From contig OZ218962.1 of assembly GCA_965112735.1 (NCBI GenBank), positions 3,162,001 through 3,226,000 on the forward strand: a stretch of DNA of 64,000 nucleotides, in the 5' to 3' direction. The position numbers were made by a program, and so were the translations under genes. This stretch comes from Phaeosaccion multiseriatum (Eukaryota; Protista; Ochrophyta, other classes). The first letter of the stretch is position 1, and each line of letters starts with the position of its first letter. The notes beneath the pieces are model-generated. The model ran no database searches. It saw only the letters and a list, made by a program, of their open reading frames with translations, and was not told the origin of the DNA. Shown here piece by piece: positions 22,319 through 37,701 of the stretch.

Positions 22319-24574
22319 ATGGAGAAGGGCGGTGCCATTGAGGGCCCGAGGACAGGAGCACTGGAGAAGAACTTCGCGGAGGGAAGGACAATGAAAGAAT
22401 ACCATGCTGTGGCTAGTGAAGGGCCCGCGGCTCTTCGAACCGTGGCGGGGCTCATTTCGAACAAAGCTCTGTGGGGAGTGTGCAAGGAGGTGGATGAGGT
22501 CACCTCCCGCACTCTGGAAATCAGCACCAGCATGCCCGAAGATGTCCAGCACCGCATCCTGCGTATGCTGGAGCGACAGCAGGGAAAGGATGAGAGAAGG
22601 GCCGCTTTTGCTTCTTCATCAGCAGCTGTGCTGTCTACTGCTGCCTCTGCTGCCTCTGGTGCTGCTGGTGGTGATGGTTGTGAGGAACGCGATCTGGAGG
22701 AGGGGGTGCGAAGGAGGTCAGGGAGGAGAAGAGCAAAACAGGAAGAGCAGCAAAAGCGTGGGCAGGGGAAGCGAAATGAGGCTGGACATCAAGGCGAGGG
22801 ACGCTTCTTTCACGTCGTGGCTGTGGAGCTCGGCATCAGGAATTTCCAAGCTTGGCCGGATCACTTGAAAGTGTGTGCTGACAACGATCTGGCAATGGAG
22901 GCACTGGCGCTGCTGCCAGCATCGGTCAAGCGTGTGCGTTTCTCTGACCACTTCAACCATGCCGACGTGTCTCTACCTGGCACACTCGAGGAGGTGGAAT
23001 TTGGCCGGGGATTTAACACATCCATCCATCTCCCTGCCTCGCTCAAGAAGGTCACTTTTGGGCAGGAGTTCAATCAGCACGTGGTCCTTCCTTGTGGTGT
23101 GGAGGAGGTGGAGATGGGGAAGTGCTTTAACCTCCCTCTGGACCTCCCTGCCTCGCTCAAGAAGATCAAATTCGGCTGGGAGTTCAATCAGCAATTGGAC
23201 CTTCCTTGTGGTGTGGAGGAGTTGGTGATGGGGATTGCCTTTAACCTCCCTCTGGAGCTGCCTGCCTCGCTCAAGAAGATCACGTTTGACCAGAAGTTCA
23301 ATCAGCACGTGGTCCTTCCTTGTGGTGTAGAGGAGGTGGAGATGGGGTGTGCGTTTAATCTCCCACTGGAGCTGCCTGCCTCGCTCAAGAAGATCAAATT
23401 CCGCTGGGAGTTCAATCAGCATTTGGTCCTTCCTTGCGGTGTGGAGGAGGTGGTGATGGGGTTAGACTTTGACCTCCCTCTGGACCTCCCTGCTTCTCTG
23501 AAGAAGATCGAATTTGGCCATTTCTTTAATCAGCACGTGGACCTTCCTAGTGGTGTGGAGGAGGTGGTGATGGGGGAGGAGTTTAACCTCCCTCTGGAGC
23601 TGCCTTCCTCGCTCAAGAAGATCAAATTTGGCGAGAAGTTCAATCAGCACTTGGTCCTTCCTTGTGGTGTGGAGGACGTGAATATGGGGAATTTCTTTGA
23701 CCTCCCTCTGGACCTCCCTGCCTCGCTCAAGAAAATCAAATTTGGCGAGAAGTTCAATCAGCACTTGGTCCTGCCTTGCGGTGTGGAGGAGGTGGTGATG
23801 GGGGAGAAGTTTAACCTCCCTCTGGACCTCCCTGACTCGCTCAAGAAGATCAAATTTGGGCAGAAGTTCAATCAGCACGTGGACCTTCCTTGTGGCGTGG
23901 AGGAGGTGGAAATGAGATCTGCCTTTAACCGCCCTCTGGAGCTGCCTGTCTCGCTCAAGAAGATCACTTTTGGCTGTTACTTCAATCAGCAGTTGGTCCT
24001 TCCTTGCGGTGTGGAGGAGGTGGTGATGGGTTGGTACTTTAACCTCCCTCTGGAGCTGCCTGCCTCGCTCAAGAAGATCACTTTTGGCTGGAAGTCACAG
24101 TTCAATCAGCAGCTGGAACTTCCTTGTGGTGTGGAGGAGGTGGTGATGGGGCGTGAATTTAACCTCCCTCTGGACCTTCCAGCCTCTCTGAAGAAAATCA
24201 CGTTTGAGCAGTGGTCAAAGTTCAATCACCACTTGGACCTTCCTTGCGGTGTGGAGGAGGTGGTGATGGGGTGTTACTTTAACCACCCGCTGGAGCTGCC
24301 TGCCTCGCTCAAGAAGATCAGAGTTGCTAAGGTCTCGAACTTCAATCAGCCCCTGGCTCTTCCTTGCGGGGTGGAGGAGGTGGAGATGGGGAAGTGCTTT
24401 AACCACCCTCTGAAGCTGCCTGCTTCTCTCCGGGGGCTCAGACTGAGACCGGAGTACACCTGCCCTCTGGAGAGCCTGCCTGCTGGTTTGAAGCGGCTTG
24501 TGGTTGGAATGAACTGCCCGCTGCCAACAGATGTGCCGAAGGGGCTTGAGGTGACTCGGCTACCGGTACTGTAG
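22319..24574 (+). CDS. FNIP-repeat protein 3, ~26 repeats
   Basis: 751-aa ORF, same architecture as gene 1. Confidence 0.9.
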   Translation: MEKGGAIEGPRTGALEKNFAEGRTMKEYHAVASEGPAALRTVAGLISNKALWGVCKEVDEVTSRTLEISTSMPEDVQHRILRMLERQQGKDERRAAFASSSAAVLSTAASAASGAAGGDGCEERDLEEGVRRRSGRRRAKQEEQQKRGQGKRNEAGHQGEGRFFHVVAVELGIRNFQAWPDHLKVCADNDLAMEALALLPASVKRVRFSDHFNHADVSLPGTLEEVEFGRGFNTSIHLPASLKKVTFGQEFNQHVVLPCGVEEVEMGKCFNLPLDLPASLKKIKFGWEFNQQLDLPCGVEELVMGIAFNLPLELPASLKKITFDQKFNQHVVLPCGVEEVEMGCAFNLPLELPASLKKIKFRWEFNQHLVLPCGVEEVVMGLDFDLPLDLPASLKKIEFGHFFNQHVDLPSGVEEVVMGEEFNLPLELPSSLKKIKFGEKFNQHLVLPCGVEDVNMGNFFDLPLDLPASLKKIKFGEKFNQHLVLPCGVEEVVMGEKFNLPLDLPDSLKKIKFGQKFNQHVDLPCGVEEVEMRSAFNRPLELPVSLKKITFGCYFNQQLVLPCGVEEVVMGWYFNLPLELPASLKKITFGWKSQFNQQLELPCGVEEVVMGREFNLPLDLPASLKKITFEQWSKFNHHLDLPCGVEEVVMGCYFNHPLELPASLKKIRVAKVSNFNQPLALPCGVEEVEMGKCFNHPLKLPASLRGLRLRPEYTCPLESLPAGLKRLVVGMNCPLPTDVPKGLEVTRLPVL

Positions 24575-24738
24575 TGCACTGAGCTGTAGTGCACTGAGCC
24601 CGCCTTTCCCCATGTCTCACAGCATATAATATGATACTTCAACGATAGATTACTTTTATTCAAAGGACCCTCATCTCCTGTGAGTGGATGTGGTGTACGG
24701 TGTGCGCCTCCCCTCCCGGGACAGGCCCTACTCTGCCG

Positions 24739-24871
24739 CTAATGCTGCTGCTGCCGGTGTGGAGATAGCCTGCTTCTGCCTCCTCCCCCCGCCTGCTGCT
24801 GCTGCTGCTGCTGCGAAGAGCCGCCCCTCCCTGTATGTCCCATCATGCCTTGCCCCTGTCCCTGCCCCTGC

Positions 24872-24908
<37 letters not shown>

Positions 24909-25187
24909 CCTGCTCGTTGGGAGGCCGGCCCCTCCACTGCTGCCCTTGCTGCTGCCCTTGCTGCTGCTGCCCTTGCTGCTGCTGCCCCTGCTGCTGCTGT
25001 TGCTGTGCCAAAAACGGATTGTACCCCCCCCCTCCCCCTCCGGCTGCTCCTCCTCTCCCCTGTAGCCCCTGCCCTTTCCCTTGCACATAAGCCCCCATGA
25101 CCGCCCCCCCCGCCCCCTGTGCGTAGTCGTAGGCTCGGAAACCAGACGGGGGCTGCCCCTGCCCATATGCCTGCCCTTGCCCCTGCC

Positions 25188-25222
<35 letters not shown>

Positions 25223-26378
25223 GGCCCTCCCCCGGAGGCCTGTTGCAGCGAGCCCTGCCCCCCCCCGTGCGGCCTTCGCTCTCTCGAGCTTGGTCTTCCC
25301 GAGCTGTCTCGATCCCTCTTCAAGGCACCCCCTCCTCCTCCTCCTCCTCCTCCTCTGCTGGCCGCCTCCCCCCTGCCCCCCGCTGGTCCTCCCCTCCTTC
25401 CCGGGGGTGTCAGGCCCCTCTCCTTGCCTCGTCTCGACATGGTCGCAGAGGAAGACCTGCCTGCCCCGGGGGGCGCGCTCTGCCCCCCCGGGGCCGTCCC
25501 TCCTCCTCGGGAACCATCCCCTGCCATGCCCCCTGTTGTCGGGCTCCCAAAGCTCCCCCCCCCTGCTGCCGGGGCTGTTGTATCACCAACTGCTGAAGCT
25601 CCGTTTGCTCTGCTGTCAGCTGCGTCGCCGCTGCCCCCCTCCGCTGCCAGACGCTGTGCAGCGCCACAAATGAGAGGTCAAGAGTGAGAGACAAGTATTT
25701 CGAGAGAGGCTCACAGGTACAAGTGGCAGAGACACGAACACGAAACGGAGGGGACCCGCCCAACCATGCGTATCCCGGCCTGAGTGGGCCTGAGTCGGCC
25801 TGAGTGGGCCTGAGTGGGGTCGGCAGTCGTTAGTCAGACCCAAGGCAGCCCACTCACGCCTACAATAACGACCTGCAAACTGCAACTGCAGACTGCAACT
25901 GCAAACAAACTGAGTGCAAGTCCGATGGAGCCTACCCTTACCCTCACCCTCACCCTCACACCCTCACCTGCTGCCTGAGGAGCGCCTGTCTCTGATCGGG
26001 AGTGAGCCATCCAAGCATCTCCATAAAGTCCATCGTGTCCTCCTTCTCCAAGGAGCCGCCAGCTGCAGTAGCTGCGGCTGAATGTGCAACATCTGCACCA
26101 CCCGCCGCACCATCCAGAAGCCCCCCGCCTGGAGCAGTCCCCCCCCTGCCTCCCTTGGCAGACTGTTGTTGGGAGCCCGTGCCCCCTGCTGAATCACCAG
26201 CCGCGTCGACTTCCTCCAGCCTCTCGCCTACCGAAGCACCAACTGCCCCCCCATGCCGCCCCTTCATCCTCTTGCGCCCCTGTGAGCGTCCTCTACCGTG
26301 TCCTCCTCCATCACCGGACTCTGACTCAGACGCCTCATCGTCATTCGCCCCTCCCCCTCCCCCTCCCCCTCCCTCCTC

Positions 26379-26423
<45 letters not shown>

Positions 26424-29400
26424 AGCGTCCCCGAAACTGCTCGATCTCGAAGTAGCGACCGATCCGGATTTTGCGCTGCCAGAAGGCCCGCTGCCATCCC
26501 CCGACCCGGAAACCCCATCTGCCTTCGACCCTTGCGCGTTGCTGCCCTGCTTTGTTGGCGATGGATTGGGGAGGGAGGGGAGGGGACGAGTGGAGCAGAG
26601 CGTTGGTGGTCCGGCACAAAACGACGCCAGGTGTAAGCATGCGACACTCGACATGTAGGCAGGGAGGGACAGAGAGAGGGGCATACAGGGGCATACGGGC
26701 GGACAGGGAGACTCGAAGGTGGGCAGTCTGACTGAAAGGCAGGCAGGCAGGCAACGATAGAGGCGTATGGGCAGGCAGGCGGACACAGGACACACACACA
26801 CACACGATACGCACTTTGGCAGAGGCAGAGGCGGGCATATGGGCCACCTCCTTAAGCTTCTTCTTCTCCTTATTGCGCTTCCGATTCCGATTGGAGATCT
26901 GATGATGATGATGATGATGATGAGGAGGAGGAGGAGGACGGGGGAGAGGAGGTATTGAGTCACAAAAGACACACTCGCGAACACAGGTCGGCCTCAACAG
27001 CGAGCACGGCCGGCCGGGGGAGGGAGGGAAGGGAGGGAAAGAAGCAAGACTACAAAGAAACAGCGCGAGTGCCTGTGCCAGCTATGAGCTCCTCAGTACA
27101 ACCAACTGCCGCGCACCTTGTATATATCCGCCATGCTCTTGGGGATGCCCAGCCCGTCGTCCTCCGCCTCCTCCCCTCCCCATCCGCCACCATCTCCACC
27201 CCTTTCCCCTCTCTGATCCCCTGCCCCCCCCGCGCCCTCCCCATCCCCCCCACCATCGTCTTCGTCATCATCGTCGTCCTCGCCCTCGTCCTCTTCTCCT
27301 TCCCCATCGACTGCCATGCCGTCCTCATCCTCATCCTCCTCCTCCTCCTCCTCCTCCTCCTCCGCCTCGTCCCCGTCCTCCTCTCCTCCGTCCCCGTCCC
27401 CTCCGGCCGCCCCTGTCCCAAAGCCCTGCCCTAATCCATCTCCCCTGCCCCCCCCTGAGGCCAAACTGAGACTCATACTCATGAGCGGCTCCCTTGCGAT
27501 CTCATCCCTAACCCGATTGGCCCGAATTTGACCCGCCGTCAACCCCGAGCCCCCCTGGAGAGACACACCACCCACGGCCATTGCCTCCCTGCCCCCCCCG
27601 GGTGCCCCCCCGGGTCCTCCTCCCCCCCCCTGGGGCCTTAGAGTAAGGCTGTGCGCCATCCTCACAGAGGTATCGTAAGCCTCGTTGCCTGGAGCCACCC
27701 TCGCCACGCCCGCACCCACACCCGCCCCCACGCCCCCTCCGGCCGTCCGACTCGGTGATGAGCCCACGCTGGCAGAGCCTCGCCTGCCCACCATTTCCCT
27801 CCCTCTCCCTCCTCCGTCCGCGCCTCCTTCTCCTGCTTCTCCTCCTCCTTCCGCGCCTCCCGCTGCTGCTGCTGCCCCCCCGCCGCCCCCCGGCGTGGAT
27901 GCCCCCCCCGGGTTCCCCCCGGTGGGCGTCATCCAGCCCGCCGTGCGGTACAGATCCTCCGTGTTTAGCACTGGACTGGCGCTGGCGAGGTGCGGGCTTG
28001 CCCTCCCCAGATGCCCACTGCCGCGATTCAAAGCCGCCGCCGCCGCTGCTGCCGTACTGCCGCCTGTGCCCCCCGGGGAAGACATGCCCACGTTCATCAT
28101 CGGCCCCCCCGGGGAAGAGATGGCAGCAAACACGCCCTTCATGTGCGGAGGGGGAGGGGCGGGCGGGCGGAACCCGTTGGCATCGGAGTCCGTTGAGTCC
28201 GTTGCCCCTGCCTCAGCCCCTCTGGCCTCGGTCCCTCTGGCCTCAGCAGTCTCCGCCGCGACGATGGCCAAAATCTCCTCCGCCCTCGCGGACACGCACA
28301 GAGGAAGTGGGTTGCCGCAGAGGCCCAACTCGTCGTGGGAGCGTGGGAGCGTGCGTGCCACCCTGCCCATGACGTACACAGACATGACGAAGTGCGCGCT
28401 CTCGTCCTCCTCCCGCGCCACCGAGTCCCTCCATGCCCACAGACGCCTCATCACTAGCTCGCCCACCGTGGGAAGGCCTTCTCCCGTAGTCACTCCCGTA
28501 GGCTGCTTCTGCTGGCTGCTGCTGTTGTTGCTTTTGTCGCCTCCTTTCCCCCCCCCCACCGCCGCGCCGCCGGAGGCCTCTCCCCCGGGTACGATGTCTC
28601 CCCTGCCCCCCGTGATGTTGACACTCTTCAGCACCTGAGGGAGAGAGAGGGGGGGTGGGTGGGTGAACAACGAGTAACAACTGTCGGACACATATGACCA
28701 ACTGACTTAGGGGCCCAGTCCTGCGCCTGCCCGGCCCGGCCCCTCTGCACAGAGTCCCCTCCGCCTGGACACTGGACACACCCTTCCCATCCTCGACACT
28801 GGACACACCCTTCCCATCCTCGACACTGGACACACCCTTCCCATCCTCGACACTGGACACGCCCTTCCCATCCTCGACACTGGACACACCCTTCCCATCC
28901 TCGACACTGGACAAACCCTTCCCATCCTCGACACTGGACACACCCTTAGGGCCCATCCTCGACACTGGACACACCCTTCCCATCCTGGACACTGGACACA
29001 CCCTTCCCATCCTGGACACTGGACACACCCTTCCCATCCTCGACACTGGACACACCCTTCCCATCCTGGACACTGGACACACCCTTCCCATCCTGGACAC
29101 TGGACACACCCTTAGGGCCCATCCTCGACACTGGACACACCCTTCCCATCCTCGACACTGGACACACCCTTAGGGCCCATCCTCGACACTGGACACACCC
29201 TTCCCATCCTCGACACTGGACACACCCTTCCCATCCTCGACACTGGACACACCCTTCCCATCCTGGACACTGGACACACCCTTAGGGCCCATCCTCGACA
29301 CTGGACACACCCTTCCCATCCTCGACACTGGACACGCCCTTCCCATCCTCCATTCGTGGCCGTTGCGCCTCCTCCACACTTGTAACTGCTTTCAGTAACT

Positions 29401-30280
29401 GCTTTCTTCCCCGGCCCCTCACCTTTTTGTAACCGTCGGGTACGAAGGGCGACTTTTCATAGCGCGCACGGCAGAGCTCCGCACTGGCCCCCAGCACCTC
29501 TGTCATTGGTGTCAGGCAGTCGGTTTTGGTGTAGTCAGGTATCCAATTTCCCTCTCCACAAGACGCCCTCTGCCTGGCCTTCTGCCCATCTACAACCATC
29601 CGCTACCATCGGCTACCATCCGCTACCATCCCCTACCATCGGCTACCATCCCATTCGTCCCTACCCCCCCCCCCCCCCGGTGCCCGCTCATCCGCTGCCA
29701 TCTACCCCCCAACCCCCGTTCCAATGGCCCACTGACCACTGACCACTGACCACTGACCTGAGATGGCCTCCTTGCTACCTAGACGTGCCCTCAGGAGGTC
29801 GTAGGCGTGCAGCAGGTAGTGCGTGTCCGATACGGCGTAGAGCAGCATGTCCAGGGGCAGAGGGCGGATGCGCCAGTCGCTCATCTGAGGCAAGGTAAGG
29901 CCGTTGGTTGTACGGTCGTACGGCAGTAAGGGAGTTGTTGGAGGGAGAAGAGGAGGGTTGGGAGGGGGGAGGGGAGTGAAACCAAGGAGTGGTGTATGCA
30001 CGACGGGGGTCCGAGGAAGTTGATTGAGATGGATTGGTGGATTGCGTTGACTGGTGGAGGGGGGCTCGAGTCATCGCGACGCCTGACGAATGAACTGACG
30101 AATGAACTGACGAAAGAACTGACGAAGGAACTCAGGAATGAACTGACGAATGAACCGTTGAACGTTCGTACCTGGTGCTTCTTGTCCACAGTGACTCCGC
30201 ACAGGCTGCTCAGCAAGTGTGCGTAGGAGAAGGAGGGGAGGCGGAGCTGCCGAGCCGCACGACCTGTGCGCAGGGGCAAG

Positions 30281-30330
<50 letters not shown>

Positions 30331-30796
30331 GTCACGCAGTCAGGGGGGAGGGGGTTAAGAAGGGGGGAGCTGACTAAAGCCGAAGCCGAATGAGAGGGTA
30401 TACGTCACCTCTACCGCCATGGCCATCTGTGACTCACGCACCTGTGTCGAACACATTGACGAGATAGAGCCCGAAGTCCCTCTGCAGCCACATGACGTCA
30501 CTGTCAGATCCGTGCAGCACCTGACATCAGGTTCAGAGAGAGAAGAGCGGGAAGTAACGGGGGGGGGCAGGGGATGGTCATCAGGGGATGGTCATCAGGG
30601 GATGGCATGCGGTGGGCCCGACGGAGGGAGAGACAGAGGAAGAGGAGGAGTGAGAGGGGGGGGGGATTTGTTGACTTACAGGAGAGATGGGGGGGGGTAC
30701 CTTATTGACTTAAAGGAGAGAGTGACAGGGAGGGCGAGGGGAGAGATTGGAGAGGGGCTGACAGACAGACAGACCGACATAGAGACAGATAGACGG

Positions 30797-30843
<47 letters not shown>

Positions 30844-31698
30844 ACATACTTCCCATTCCTTCCCTTCCCTACCACATACCACCAACACGGGCACCGCACA
30901 AACACTCACCTTGACGATTCGGGGGTGCGTGAGGACGGGCAGCAGCCTCGACACGCAGCGCCTGAGGCGGAGGGTGTCCACCACGAAGTTGCGCTCTCTC
31001 GTGCTGAGCTGCATCAGGCACGTCAGGCCCTGGAACGAGCGGAAGGAGTGGTGCTCCAAGTCGATCGCCACCTGTGAGGAGGAGGAGGAGGAGGAGGGAA
31101 GGGGGCGTTGGGACTCTGCTGGAGGAAGGGAGCGGGACATCATCCTTTCGATGGATCCCCCGGGGGGGCGCCAAGCTGGAAACTGAAACTGTGGCGTCGT
31201 TCTCTTGGCCAAGTTTGGCCCCGAGAAAGGAGTGTTGCTTCCTCCCTTGTGTGCGTTCCTTGCGTGCGTACTGCTTCTGGTACTCACCTCTCGGTGTCTG
31301 GGCCTCCCCGTGCCGCCCTCCTCCTCCTCCAGCAGCTCACTCACGAGGGCATCAAGCCCCTCCTCTGTATCAATATATGTGAACAGCTTGCCCCCCACCC
31401 CCCCCCCCTCCTCATCCTTGACCTCCTCCCCACCTCCACCACCACCAGCAGCTGCAGCATCAGCGGCAGAAGGTAGCAGGGTGGGAGCGACGAGATCGCT
31501 CTCGTGCGGTATCTCGAGCTGCCAGGCCGTGTACTGTAGGGCGTCAAGCTCGGCCAAGTAGGGGTGTGGATACTGCATCACGACGTTCTCATTATCCTCC
31601 TCACTGCGACCGATAGCGCGGCCACTGCCTTCCTCAGCGCCGTCAACCTCCATCACCTCGGGAAGAGAGGCGGGCTGAGTGGAGTGGGCCCGGTGGAG

Positions 31699-31731
<33 letters not shown>

Positions 31732-33045
31732 GAAGAAGGGGGAGGGAGAGGCAATAGGCAACAGGGGAGAGGGGAGAAAGGGTGAGAACACGGAGAGACG
31801 GAAGGAGAGGGACCGAAGTCAGGAAGGGGAAGGGAAGACAAGAAAGCAGGCAGAGGCAGGGAGTGGGGCAGTGTCATAGCACAAGGCTCCGCTAGAGCGG
31901 GACACATCGCTTGGGGTGCCCGATGCCCAATCTCGCCTACCTGCGGGGTGAGATTGAGCGGTACGAGTGCGTTGGGCTTGCTGGTGAGCTTGGGCACGAA
32001 GGGCTGAGTGCTGTTGTCGATGGTGTCCAGAAAGGCCTGCTGCGGCTTGGGGGTCTCGGGCCCAAGCGCGTCTGCCACTCTGTTGCCATCCCTACCGCCC
32101 CTGGCTTTGCTTAGTTGACTGCTCATGGCCAGCACTTGCTTGCCGGCATCGCGCCTTGGAGGGGGGTATGGTAGGGAAGGAGGGGGAGAGACGAGAGGAG
32201 AGGAGAGGGGGAGATGAGGGGAGCCGGAAGGAGGGGCCCAAAGGTCAAAATCACTGCCAGAAACGCCATTCGATCCCTGTCAGAGGTCAAAAGGTATCAC
32301 TCATCGTATCCCTCATCCTCTCCATCCACTGCCATCCTCCGCCCCTCGCCCTCCCCATCCACTAACATCCATTCCCCCCCTCACCCAGCGGTCTCGTCGA
32401 AGAACATGTCCACTTCCTCCAGGAGCCTCTCCATCTCCTCCGCCACCCCCTCGTACGCCGAAGGGTCCCGCGGGTCGGCAAAGGCCTCCTCCAGCGCAGC
32501 AGAGCCCCCGCCCCCTCCCTCGGCAGCCCCTCCCGCTCCTCCTCCCTCCCCGAGCGAGAGCAGCCCCGCGTGTCCAAGGACAGTCTCCATGAGGGAGAGC
32601 ACCTCCCTGGATGCCTCCTCCGCCCTCTCCGAGAACTCGGGAAAGGTGGCGTGGTAGGCGTAGTCTCCCCCGCCTCCTCCCCCTCCCCCTCCTCCATCTG
32701 TTGCTCCCGCTGCTGCCCCTTTGCCGGAGCCCTTGGGGGCTGCATCTTCATCGTCGCTGTTGTATGTGTGACAGAATGATGGTACGTAGGGACCGGGGGG
32801 TGAGGACTAAGTAGCGAGTCGTGCACGTGGAGTCGTGAGTCACAGCTGTTTGAAAATGACACCCTCTGCTCTCCTCTCCCTCTACATAGCAGACTGACAG
32901 AATGACTGACTGACCTGAGAGGCTCGCCGGTGGGTATGGCATTGGAGGCCTTGGTGGCCAGCACCAGCGACTCCAGCAGACCGCCCACGAACTCGTCTGA
33001 GGAGCCCTCCTTGCCAAGCAGCACCTCGTCCAGGCTCTGGCTCAT
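24739..33045 (-). CDS. RRP6: Exosome 3'-5' exoribonuclease RRP6/EXOSC10, multi-exon
   Basis: PMC2NT-like N-terminus; KPQ..F.D.IDNS..PFVPKL..KPNA; HPYLAEL; [23 protein letters not shown]; [24 protein letters not shown]; [19 protein letters not shown]; [16 protein letters not shown]. Confidence 0.95.
28765..29350. repeat. Intronic 28-bp minisatellite (CCCATCCTCGACACTGGACACACCCTT + C; occasional AGGG variant)
   Basis: About 20 head-to-tail copies in an RRP6 intron. Confidence 0.92.
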
Positions 33046-33467
33046 CTCTCTCGCACCCCACCTCCGCCCTCACTTTGATTTCTTGCCAGCCGCTCGACCT
33101 GCGTGCCCCGTCCCTCGTCCGAGCCAAGAAGGCTCAGGTAGCAGCTCTGTGGAGAGCACACATCGCTGAGGCCGTTTGAAGCGCAGCCACCAACCTCCAA
33201 ACAGATCCGCGTTCCTTTCCACAGCGCCGATCTGGGGTTTCGCCCCTCTTCCACGCGCCCCGTCTCTCTCCTCGCACACTTCCGCCTTTAAATGATCCCT
33301 ACGAAGAAGAGGGAAGCTGCTCTAAGAGAAATCTTCTGCTCGACGAGGGATCGGGGACCCACAAATTACGTAATTTCTTTCAGCCAGACTCCCAATATTG
33401 GCGACGACTGGATGTGGAGGAGCGAGACAGTTTCGTCTTCAAAATTTCAAGGACAGGGGGCGGCAAG

Positions 33468-36860
<3,393 letters not shown>

Positions 36861-37114
36861 TGGATAGACGGAGGACAGGAGGACGAGTGGGGGACAGAGG
36901 CGCACAACAAGGCGGGGCTAGCTAATGATGATGAATGCAGCTAATACGATAGATAATACTTTCGTTAATGCTATCTGTCATCTTGGTGGCCAGAGTTATT
37001 GGTACTGCCTTGGCCAAAGGGTTATTGGTACTGCCTTGGCCAAAGGGGTATCCAAAGGGATTTATGGACTGAATAGGCATCGTGTACGTGCGTGTATGTG
37101 TGTGTGTGCATGTG

Positions 37115-37169
<55 letters not shown>

Positions 37170-37171
37170 GC

Positions 37172-37210
<39 letters not shown>

Positions 37211-37211
37211 C

Positions 37212-37243
<32 letters not shown>

Positions 37244-37701
37244 AGAAAAAAAGGGGGGGGGCTTGCGGCGTGCGGCGAAGGGGGCAGTTGAAAACTTGCT
37301 TGATTATCCTCTCCCACCCCTGCCTGGGACGCGCAACTTGGGACGCGGAAGGCCCTCTGGGCTGCAAGACACCCTTACGTAAGGAACAGGAGTTTCAGTT
37401 TGTGAGGCCACACGCTGCACCAGGGCCATAGAACTGAACTTGATAGAGGTTGCAGGACAAGCAACGATACCGGCATTCGACTTGTGCAACACGATGCGTA
37501 TGTTCAAGCGAGGGTGCCCCCCCCCCCCCTGAGCCCCCCTGAGAAGCCTGAAGCCCAGACCGCTGGCCTGCGGCCAAAAGCCCGAAGCCAGGGCTGATAG
37601 GGCTATTTTGATATAAGGTCGTCCCGAGGCCTCTAAATTAATCAATCGGCTCCACTCTGGCCTAGAAGCCTATGCTCTAGGCCCTACCGCCGGCCTAGGC
37701 C

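Noticed and set aside
27685-28638. Long Pro/Ala-rich antisense ORFs (and similar ones elsewhere)
   Set aside because: Shadows of GC-rich coding exons on the opposite strand
28765-29350. 28-bp repeats as a CRISPR array
   Set aside because: Head-to-tail with no unique spacers, inside a spliceosomal intron, and no cas genes
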